From Sphagnum compactum (taxonomy: Eukaryota): a DNA stretch of 64,000 nucleotides. Location of the stretch: contig OZ234493.1 of the NCBI GenBank assembly GCA_965153455.1, positions 29,626,213 to 29,690,212 of the forward strand, read 5' to 3'. The notes under the pieces are model-generated. The model did not search any database. It worked only from the letters and a program-made list of their open reading frames with translations, and was not told where the DNA came from. This document shows, piece by piece, positions 12,471 to 23,800 of this stretch (position 1 is its first letter; every line of letters starts with the position of its first letter). Both the position numbers and the translations under genes were made by a program.

Positions 12471-15400
12471 TATTTGTAAACAATTAAACAAATTATTTGG
12501 CAACTTTCGAATCATGTAGTTTTTGAAGCACAACCATTTAACCTTATTCAAATTTCTCCCTTGGATGCAATTTTCCACGATAGTTGGTGAAGCTTCTGTT
12601 AGGTCAAGCAACCTGAGGTTGCGAAATCCCTTTAAACTGATTTGAGACAATGTAGGCAACTCGACACATTTTTTCAATGAGATGCCTTCTAAATTCTCCA
12701 TCACCTATCACATGAAATGAAAACAAAAGGATTATCAATACAAAAAAACATTTCATCCTAGCGCCAAATTTATTAGAAAAGCTTGTATTTATAAAATCAA
12801 TATTCCAATTTAAAGCATTTGGTTTTGGACATCAAAAGAAATCATAGGATATCATAATAAAATTATGGATTGAAATAGTATGGTGACAACCTCATCCTTT
12901 TGTAAAAAGAAATTTGACATATTTGATTTCCATATAAATCGATTCATAATTGGAGGTTCCCTTGCAATATATTGACCCATGTCTTGTAATTGTTCATGTA
13001 TGTACAAGATTCCATCTTCTGCCCATTGGACTAAAGATCTATGTTGTAAATTTTGTAATTCAAACCTTGGGTATAAATAATCTCCACTCCACACTCGACA
13101 AATTGTACTTATTTTCAAACCACCCAAAAAACAAGCAATATCCAAAAACATGTTTTGATGTTGCTTATCCAAGTGGTCATAAGAAATTTTCAATACATTC
13201 CAAAGCTCTTCATTATCATTGCCCCCCGTGAGATTTTGCCCACTTTTCAATTTTCTTAATGCACCTTCCCAAATTTCCAATTCTTTAGTATTGCACAAAA
13301 AGGAACCTAATACTTTAAGACTTAAAGGGAGCCCCCCACATGCTTTTATAATCTTCATACATATATCTTTGAAATCCTTTCTTGGAACATGATTTGCATT
13401 ACCGAATGCATGGAACATAAATAGTTCCCTTGCTTGTTTTTCTTCCAAAGATTTCATGACCACTTTTCCATCTTCATTTACATGAGATTTCAAAATTTGC
13501 CAATTTCGACAATTCACAAGTACTTTGCTTTTAGGAGTTGCATTCTTGGTATCAATGAGAAGTTGCAAGGATGTAAGGTTGTCCACTTTACCAACATCAT
13601 CCACCACCACTAACACTTTTTCTGATATCATACATTGCCTAATCCGATCAAGGTCATCTTGATTCACATTTTTATCCTTGCATATCCCACACAAATCATG
13701 TAGGAGTTGTTTTATGACATCGTTGATATTCTCTTTTGATTTCACATCCTCCAAAAAACTAGATTTGTCATATTGGTTGTGGAACAAATGATAAATTTTT
13801 TTGCACAAAGTGGTTTTCCCAATCCCACCCATTCCAACCAAACCAACAATAGATTCCTTTTGTAACAAGATGTTTATGTCTTTTGCTTTGTCAATCAACG
13901 CCACCTCATGATATGGCAAACGTGGAAGCAATATATTTTTCTGTCAAAATTCACAAAATATAGGTCATTTATATGTTATCTTTTTTATTTGATAACCAAT
14001 ATATCTCACATTGCATATGCGATACGCATCAAGTGTGCTATGACCTAATGTGTATCAAATTACATGAACATATATGAAATCAAAAGATTTAAATTTGAAG
14101 TTTTTACCTCCATACATATTTTCAAACATTTTAACAATAAAGAATAACTTGGATGATATTTGTTTGGTGGCTTGCAAATTGTCAAGTGATTAGCATCCTC
14201 AATTTTGTAATGGTTGTTGTTTGACAATTGAATAGCTGAGGCATATGGCACTAAAATTCCCTGCATTTGCAAAAGATTAAGTTAATGGAACTCATTGACT
14301 TGTTTGTTCACTTAGGATTTAACTTATAAGTAATATAGTAATTCCAAATGGTGGTGGAAACTAAGTTTTATAACTATTGATGTTTGAATCATAATGAAAT
14401 ATTTTGTGTAAAAAAAATCCCTTCAACCTTTTGGCAAGCAAATTATATAAATACGTCACAAAGTTATTGGGTTTTAATCTCATTAATCTTACATGTTTTA
14501 ATGATGTTATGATTTTTCATACAAATATTTATATGGAATTGATTTCATGAACAGAAAATTTAAAACCTATTTCCTGATGTTTGAAATCAATCAAATTTCC
14601 TTTCCATCAATAATAATTCATGAAACAAAGTTCATAAAACACATGACCCATTCACCACATTAATATATTTAGAAGTATTGAGTCCTTGATCCCAGACAAG
14701 TTTTGACAATACAAAAAATGTTCAACTATTGAACCAAGTTGGATAACTTTCAATGTGGTGAAATGAAAATCTTACCCAATTCTCGTTGAGTGGTAATCCT
14801 TCGCCAAATGCATAAATGTTGAGGTTTTCACGAGCGGCATTTTTAAAATCCGTTGAAAGGTGCTCCATTTGTGGGTTGAAAGATTTTAAATTTAAAAAAA
14901 AACCAGATTAGGTTGCATACTTGTTCATTGTGTTGATTTGTTGATGTTGCCAAGTGAAATAATTTGATAAAAATTGGGTACCACTAGCATGTGGTACACT
15001 ATAAAATACTACACCTTTAACAGTGTTCAAAAATTTCTTACAACATTTGTGTACTTCATCATCCAAATCATTTCTTAGCCTTTGATGTTCGTGTTTCCAA
15101 GCTTCAACCACCAAGCTTTTGAGTACCAGACCTCCAAAACTATAAGCAACTAATGTCACTGGTCCATCCCAAAGGGATTGATAACTACAAAATATTCAAC
15201 AATGCACCAAAATTTTGTTATCAACATCGCATTAACATGTACAAATTTATCCTATTATATTTGGGGCAATTTTCCAATCTGCACATGACCTAAGCCATAA
15301 ATTCATAATTGATTTGTTCGTCATTTGTCATTTTTCATTTATCGACTCCACTAATCTACCTAAAAAATGTGACAACCATGTTTTGGTAAAACTATTATTA

Positions 15401-16223
15401 TGTACAAGTATGTAGGTGTTTACATTCTTGTGTTAATGTAGAACTCACCTTCTATGTGTTACCTTGGAAATATCGTTGAAATAAGAAGAAATTTGAATTA
15501 AAAAAAGATATACCTTATTTTGGAAATAATGTTTTTGCAATGAAATGGATGCAAATTTTCTACAGATGTATTCATTTAATTTAATTCAATTCAATAGCAT
15601 TACCAAAGATAAAGCTTCAAAAAATACGAATTAAAAATTGTCATGAAAACCAAACTAATTGTACCATGAACTTATAATATGAACATAGACTTTGCTATTA
15701 TCATCAAAGAAGAACATTTGCATTTTAGCACCATTTTCCGTTCTCCTACATGAATCTAACGATTCAAATAAATTGCAACTTGTTGGTGTGTATCACAATA
15801 CTAGCACACATGAACAATTAACTCATGCAAAACATTTAAGTATTTCTAAAGATGTAAACAATTATCTTTAATGTACACAAGGAGAAATAATTAATGTGTC
15901 CATAAATAGAGGAGATTGTCACACCTTGAATTTATAACCAAACTTTGAATGAGGTTTTTGCCAATTTCAGTCACATCATTGTGAACACTTGCCACAATGT
16001 TACAATCATAGGACAATGATAAAATTCGAACATTGTTGTTCAAGTCTTCGGGTAGCCACTTTTCTGGCCAACATATGCACTCTTCTATATTGTTGGTGGG
16101 GCGTGTTGTCCATGTTTCCTTCCATTCATCATTTGTGCCAAAAGCAATCCCATGAAAAAAAATAATGGTCAAGTTTGGATTATCGGAATTGCAAGTGGGA
16201 TTTAAATCATGCACTAGATATTT
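7870..16223 (-). pseudogene. alpha/beta-hydrolase-NB-ARC-LRR (HNL-type) immune receptor, disrupted
   Basis: GT-AG exons join in frame: 16223-15925, 15184-14776, 14260-14108, 13940-12891, 12704-~7870. Hydrolase motifs FFHGI, WPEKWLPEDL, RILSLSYD, AYSFGG, DANHLTICKP. NB-ARC motifs GMGGIGKTT, LVVVDDV, GGLPLSL, FLDIACF, IHEQL, followed by an LRR array. Stops at 14908-10, 12033-35, 11289-91, 11223-25, 9294-96 and 9006-08; 1-nt deletion near 8822. Confidence 0.93.
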
Positions 16224-17229
16224 CTGCAAAGAAAATGAAAATGGGTCAACACAATTCTTCAAACATCTCTTGAAAATTATTTGGCTATACATTAAATTAG
16301 AGAAATGCAATATACAAATTATAGTAGTTAGATAAAGGCAATAATTAATTGAAAAGATTAAGTTTAACAAGAAGACAATAGGAGATGAATTGGAGAATAC
16401 TGAATCTATCTTGCATGACTCACAAATGAAGGTCATTCACATGTGTCATAGACTTCAAAGTTTCAAAACATAGTTCAATAAGTAAATATTGTTGCATAGT
16501 AGGTGGAACTAATGCCAATCAATAAAGGTTAATGCTACGAATTGGATTCTTTCAAGTTTGGGTTGATTAACTAAACCATCTAGTTTGGTTCATTTGTATT
16601 TCATGACATTTTCCCCAACATTTGGGTCAATAAGGCTTCCAACTCCTAAGGAATTGGGACACGAACCCAATAAGAATGTCCAAGAGCATTTTAATAATTT
16701 GCTTTACGTTGTTGGATTAAGACTACACATTGAACTTAGCTCATAATAAAAGTTCCAATCCTTATAAGTTCAATATATTCTTAGTCAATGCCAATTGACA
16801 AATTTCCCTTTCACCAATTCTACTTGTTATAGCAAGTGTAAGAGGCTATAATGATGACCCCATTTCCTATTGTTTTGAACATCATTTCATATTGTTTTTA
16901 TCTAAACAAACAAACTGGAAAGTAGGCAAAGTGAAAATGTATGACAAGGAAGCTTGTAAATGATTGAGGACATTCAGGTACCCTAGTGGCTAAAGGGTAT
17001 GGTTGTGAAGCTGCTGGTTGGGAGTTCAAATCTGAACTAGACCTCTTTCTCCTGATGCTTTGTGAGGACAATAAGCTAACATGGTTGTAAGGGTCAGGGA
17101 AAATTTTCAACACACACCCAACAAAATTAAAAAAAACAAAGTACAATCAAACTTCAACATGTAACTTGGGAAAGCCCAAGAAAAAACTGTGCAAAGAAAG
17201 TTCATCATAAGATTAAGAAGAAGCACCAC

Positions 17230-17382
17230 ATTGCTGTGCCATCCAGAGCTTGAAGGAGCATTTTCAGCATGGACCAAAGGTGTCTCAATCGCAGCAGGGA
17301 AATGCACAACATCTCTCTTTCTTTTTGGTGGCCCTTGTGAAAGATCAACTCCTTTTCCCTTGAGGCCATCTGAACTTCCCAT
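17230..17382 (-). CDS. Candidate first coding exon of the HNL gene (MGSSDGLKGKGVDLSQGPPKRKR...)
   Basis: ATG at 17382 in a more GC-rich stretch upstream of the hydrolase exon, which starts at an acceptor and needs an upstream exon. Possible donor at AATGTG|GTGCTT. Connectivity is unproven. Confidence 0.35.
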
Positions 17383-17466
17383 ATTTTGCACCACTGAAAT
17401 TACTTTTGCTCACTGCTCTCATAAATATTTTTCTCTTAACCTTCTGCTCTCATAAAACCTGCTACA

Positions 17467-17861
17467 AATCCTTTGCCGTCCCAATAGCATACAAAGGGTA
17501 TGATGGGTGTCCCTCACATCACAAATTGCCGCAAGCTAAGCTATTCTTTCCACTAGATCTCCCCAAAAAACATCAACCCCTTTCCTCTTCAGGATCTCCC
17601 TGGAATTCTCACACTCTTCTCTTCTTACTCCTTTTGGACTTTTCTCACATGAGAAGAAGCTCTAATAAAACCAGCCAGTAATCCTCTGCCATCCCAATAG
17701 CATACACAGGGTATGACGGGTGTCCGTCACATCACAGATTCCCGCATGCTACGCTGATCTTTCCACTAGATCTCTCCAAAAAAATCAACCCCTTTCCTCT
17801 TCACGATCTCTCTGGAATTCCCCCACTCTGTTCTCTTACTCCTTTTTCGACTTTTCTCACA
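17467..17861. repeat. Tandem duplication of ~180 bp upstream of the NLR
   Basis: 17467-17649 and 17680-17861 both read aatcct.tgcc.tcccaatagcatac...ccactagatctc...gacttttctcaca. Confidence 0.9.
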
Positions 17862-18447
17862 GAGTTTCTTCTTCATTTTCTCCTCCCCCAGAAACTTCGA
17901 GAAGGGTTTTGCCGTGACACTGGACAATCCATTACTTTCCTTCTGGAACACATGTCTCTATTTTCTATTCATAATTGAGGATGGAATATGCAATGTCACC
18001 TTGAGACTTGTCAAACACGCTTTACTTTTTCCCTCTGGCCTCCTCCATTATTATCATCATGACTTTTGTTCACATCCACACACCGACCTTTCTTTTACCA
18101 AAAAACTATAGCCAAAAAGCTAAGTCATAAATTTGAAAAGTGCTAAAATCAAATGCTTTTTGAGATTCTCTATAGCCAAAATTGAACCAAATTCAAAGAA
18201 AAATCGTCAGATTTCCATACATGGTTTTCAAGTAGGTACTCAAAAATAAGAGAAATATGTTTAAAGTTTTCTAATGCCATATTTAGCTCATAGCCAAATC
18301 TGACTAAATCTTCCTACTGCTGATAGCCACTTGGGCTATATCTCAAAACTGACCCAAAAAACTATTGATCCACACGTTTCCTGCTGTTTGCAGATTTTAT
18401 TGAAGCGTTATGCCAGAGCTCATGTTGCAGGCAATGCATGATTATTT

Positions 18448-18697
18448 GGGCCTTGGTTGAGCCAGCCAGGGTGAATTGGCCCCCACATTGGGATCATGGT
18501 AAAAACCCCCAAAAATCCATTCAAATGGCCATATTAGGCCCAAAATTTATAAATTTGGACTTAGGGACCAGGATTTTGTCTAGGGAAATGATATTTTTAA
18601 TATTTAGAATATTTATGGGCAATTTAAAGGGTCTTTGCGATTTCTACCATGATCCCAATGTGGGGATCAATTTGCCTTGGTCGGGTGAACCTGGCCT
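18448..18697. mobile_element. MITE-like element with ~50-bp imperfect TIRs
   Basis: Perfect 21-bp inverted pair ccccacattgggatcatggta (18481-18501) / taccatgatcccaatgtgggg (18645-18665). The match extends outward imperfectly. No TSD resolved. Confidence 0.7.
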
Positions 18698-20499
18698 ACA
18701 GTAGAACCACAGTGAAAATCCCAAAGTTTTTGGGGGCAGTTTCAAAACATTATGTAGCATCCTTAGAGCATCTCCACCCCACACTTGCAAACACGCATTT
18801 TCATTAAATCTTGCAGCAGGATAGCATGACTCCTGCTCTGCTCCTGTATTGACGTCGATTTGGCAGTGGTCATTTTAACCCCTTTAAATGCTTTTTTCTA
18901 TTACGGATTTGGACAGTGACTATTAATGGTCCAGATGTAAAGACATGAATGGTCTTTGAGTGTTTCAAAGGGACTTTCATGACGTTTGCGGGTGGGGACA
19001 GTGATCATTAAACACTATTCTATTTTAACATAAAGGAGTTGCCTACAGTTTGGGGGTGGAGATGCTCTCAGACAAAATCAGGGTCTCTGAATCCACAAAG
19101 ACAGCCTCTAAGAGGTCTTGCTCAAGAAGGTGAGTGTACCAGTGTAGGTGCTGGTTCGCCCTGGCCAGTGGCTATGATTGGAGCAGCCTGGGGGGAGAAG
19201 GAAAAGTTACGTGGACGGTCATAGCAAATAAATCCGGAGTGGAAAAACAAAAGAAATTCTGTACAGAGCAGTGATTTTTTCTTGGTGAATTTTCGCACTG
19301 TGGCTACAAAGTTTTTTTTGAAGAAATTGGGAAATTTTGTTTTAATAGGGTGAATTCGTGAAAAAAATGATCAAAAAGTGGAAAAAATGGACAGAATTTA
19401 CAAACCACAAAATTGGGAAAGAAAAAGAAAAAGAAGTACTGGTACAGAAGTATATATATGTGTGCACTCTAAATAAAGTATGGGAAAACATCATGTGAAA
19501 CTAATGATGTTTTTACTGCAAGACCCTTTTGACGGCTTATGTGGAAAACCACAATCAGCATGATTGACATCTGCTGCAAACATGTTGGATCTGAGATCTG
19601 AGGCCTTAGCCTAGTCAAAGCCAGTAATTTTTTGCTCATTTTTGGTTTGTGTTATGGTGCCTGCCCACAACCAAGTCTGGTGTTTGTGAAGGAATTGGGG
19701 CAACCTGTAATTGATGGCCAGGCTGATTTAATTTTTTAACTTTTTATTTTAGGCCCTAATTTATTAACATTTTAATTTTTTGATACCAGAATGTTATCAA
19801 TAATAACATATTTGTTATTCAACAAACCGGTATCAACTTGATGACATGGAATTGCTTTTCACAATTTCCTAGTGGTCCCTGGGATTCATTCCCAGTCTCT
19901 CTCTCCCAGTACTGAGTCGCATTCTTTTCATTCATACAACCTGCTTGATGCAAAAAAAAAAAGAAATTCGAATCTTGCTCAGAATTGTGTTGCTCAATGT
20001 GCTTGGATTGTCTCTTTCAGGATTGCAGTTCAACCTGCAAGTGGAGGACTATGCCTGTCTGAAGCTCTGGGCATCACTTCCGGGTTGCCAAGCCGTGTTA
20101 TCAATCTCCTCAACACTGATGTTATAATCATGATTGGTCTTTGCTTGATCACAAACAGCCAATAGATTGTGCAACAAGTTTGCACCTCTGGCAAACACTC
20201 CCTCATCACTAGGCTCTGAAGCTTATTGATCTTGTTTCTTTACATAACAATGCTTGGTGGTCGTTGGTCTTTGTGATGATGTGATTTCATTCTTCATGAT
20301 CCCTCTCATCATCATCATCATCATCATTTCTGACATTGAATGATGATCAGTCTTAGACTGGAATAGCAGTATCTCCATCTCATTTGTGAATTTCAAGTCC
20401 TGTCCCTTCTTGTCTCTTGTAGCAATGCCAGGAAAATCTTGAACTGCAGCTCTTTCAGCAGCGGCAGGACATTGACCAGTTTTGTTGTTGTGTTGTTGA

Positions 20500-20831
20500 G
20501 AAACCAAATTCGTGGTGTGCCTGTGTGAAGAGAACCACTTGGTTCATACATACTCAGCTTTCCTCAATGGTGGCAAATCCAACCCTCTCTTCTTCAATGA
20601 GCATTTGATAGCCTTGGACATGACAGTCAAAATGCTCTGCAACTGCTTGGCTTCCTCCTACGAAAGCTGTGGGAAAAAGTTGCACAAGCAAGGTGTACTG
20701 CTGTCTCAGGGGTGGAATCTCAAACTGAGCTCTAAAATCTGTGTCCGCCAGTATCCTCCTTCTCCTCCCCCTGGCAGACTCACCAGCAGCATCTACACTT
20801 TCCATGGCTATGTCTCTGTATTCATAATCAC
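20500..20831 (-). pseudogene. DUF506 (PDDEXK-like) last-exon remnant
   Basis: DYEYRDI...RILADTDFRAQFEI...LFPTAFVG, then after a frameshift LQSILTVMSKAIKCSLKKRGLDLPPLRKAEYM and KWFSSH. This matches the DUF506 signature (DFxxQFEIARP...LPPWRK.EYM..KW). Two frameshifts. Confidence 0.8.
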
Positions 20832-23800
20832 TTGCAGCTGACATCAAACAAAGACAAAATGGTGTGCGGAAAAAGCATGTCAACATTTCTTGCATATTTA
20901 TTGTTCTTGTCAAGCTGAACATCTCAAGATACACATTCACATGCATAGAACTTTGTGAGATCAATGCTGCAAGATTGATTGATTACAGAGAGATTGATCA
21001 ATTACTGAGAGAGATTTTGGCAATCAAAATGGCAAGATGGACATGAACATTGTTTGTGACACAACAGTGAGCTATGGAGTCAAGCAGCTTCCCACTGCTG
21101 CAGGCAGGGTCAGGTTATGATCAGCTCAAGGGTTTGCAAAGATGCAAGAATATTCATGAAGGTAGCAAGTAAGAAATTTCTTTTGTTTGAAATTCAATTC
21201 AATTATTTGTGTCTGCTTTGTGCATATTGAAATAATGCAAGTCAAGCAATTTGAGACTCTCTTATGCGGCCTGGCCCAAGTGATTATTAATTGCATACAC
21301 TACTTTTAAAGGCTCATCCTAGTAATGGCCAAGTTATCATTCCACCTGCAAAGTTTGTGTGCTGCATGGTAAGTATAAAAAGCATCCTGAAACTTATCTC
21401 TACTTCTAAGATGCGGAAACTGGCAGCAGATGTGGTCAATAGTGGTCAGCAGTGAGAAAGGAGGTGCTCTTGTTCCTAGTCATCTCCATGACAGATCTGT
21501 GGCACAACACTTACTAAATTGTTGCAGTAAACCAAAGCCCTCTAGTATTGCTGAAACATGCCTCATTTTGATAAACTCGGTGTTCACATTATGTCATATG
21601 CAGATGAGCCCATTTTGCTGTGGTTGGACTTCACTAAGAAACTATGGTACGCATCATTTCAGATTTCTACTGCTTTGAAGTCCAGGTTCAGCATTGACAA
21701 TTGATGGGACCGAGTTAATAGTCAGGAGAACTGGAGAATACATGCATGGCATCCAAATCTCAATGTTCTGAAAGCCTACTTTGGAAGCATTCTCTATATG
21801 CCAAAATGAGGATTTGGCTGATGTTGGAACAACTGTTCCTGTATTTGATCTTCCTGAGCATCAAGGAGTCTGGTTGCAGAGCTTTCTTCAATAGCAATGG
21901 CTGATCTCTGCTTCTCTTTCTGCTCAAAGCATCCTTATCTGGTTGAGCCCCTGGATACGACTGCGGTACTTAATTGCCATGCAAAGGTAGTAGTACTCTC
22001 TATTGCTGTTTCACAAAAGCAGATGGCCTGCCTATGGGAAGGGAAGGGAGTATCCAATGCAATGCATTTTTCCGCTGCAGTTCCAAACGTTTTCTCTTGT
22101 GAGTCTCTCTCCTGAGAAGCTGCAGAACTCCTAAAGCAAGTTCTGCAGCTTCTCACTGTGAGGAAGATCAAACAATGTTGGAGTTGAGGAGGCTGCTTTT
22201 GAGTCCATTGCCCCCATCATGGGAACTTGTAATGTCGATGATACACTAAATTCAAAAGATGCAGTGAACACTATCATGGAGCTGTTCATCAAAAGATAGG
22301 AGGGGTTTGTGTTGGAAGGCGGGCCTCCGCATCTTTTTGTAGGCATCCACAATATTCATGACTATGTCTATAGAATTAGACATGAGGTTGGAGCGGCACC
22401 TAAGAAACATAATAGGGATGTGCTAAGGTAATGGAGGCAATTGTTCCTGGGACATATTGACAATCAGTTTGCAGGTGATGAATTTGCTCCCTGTTATGTA
22501 TGAGGAGCTTTGAAAACATCCAGAGTTCACATTTGCTATGTGGTGCAGTGAATGAGGTGTTTGAGAGGGAAATTGTAGACTGTGGTGTCCTTGAGATGGG
22601 AACATAGTCACGTCATCCTTGATATGTCAGAGGAAGGTGCAAGAGCTGGCAGTTGAGTGTTTCCTAGACATTTGAGTGTCTGATTGGATAGATCACAGAT
22701 GTTTTCAGGGTCATATTCAAGAACACTGGAATCCTTCTTAATCTGACTCCAAATGGTATAGTGCCAGGGACCTTCATTGCCGTATTTCAAAGCCCATTGT
22801 TGCTTCCTTTAGGGGTTTGATGCCACTTGCAAGTTAGATGTGTGAGAGAGTCTCCATGCAGTTTCAGGTGGGACCTAAATGTCTTGTTTCCCATTTTTTG
22901 ATATCCTTCATATGTGTTTGTGGAGCTGCAAAGTTTGCAATGTGTGGTGTATGTAAGAGAGGAAGTTGGAAAATGGCATGCTGATACCCTCTAGTTTAGC
23001 AAATATCAACATGCAAACCTCCTGTATGCTGAGAAACTGGATATCTTAAAAACCTTAATTGACTTACTCAGGTCACTGAGAGAGAACCAAAATGGCCAGA
23101 CTTTTGTGTGATGTTTGTGCAATGCTCTTAAACCCAGGCCACAGCAAGGTGTTGGGCTTGAGTCATTCAGAATGTGTCATACTTGGTTTGCTGAATGGTG
23201 GTCTCATTTCTTCTTGCACTTGTGACTCCATACTGAAGATTTTAAGTTTTGTCACTCCATCTGTAGAAGTTGCATGGGCCCAGATTGGTCTATATAGACT
23301 GTAAATTGCTGAGACTAGAAGTTTATTGCAAATGATGTAATGTTGCTGGATAACTATTCTTAATGACATTATGCTGTCCAAGCAGGAGAAATATTTTGTA
23401 GTTGTACACAGATGTAGCTTGCCGGAGACACATAGTATATGCTGTTACACCACCAAATATTCTACATAGCAATAGATTGAATTTTTTTGGGATAATGGTA
23501 ATTAACCTTACTATTAATGTGCAACCATGCTTTGAAAATACACTCCTATGCTCGAGAGCTAGGGAAATGAACATGCATGCTAATGAAACACCAATTATGC
23601 AAATCAAGGGCCCATTTTCTATGCTTGAATGGTTTGGCATTAGATTACCTATATTTCGGAAAAACCTATAGGTTTGAGTCTCTTGATTGCAACACATATA
23701 ATATTCACTTTGCAAGAAAATCATCAGAAGCCTCATTAGTATTCCTTATCACCTAAAAAAAGGTGACAATAACAATATAAGAAAATTTTGCTAACTTGGC

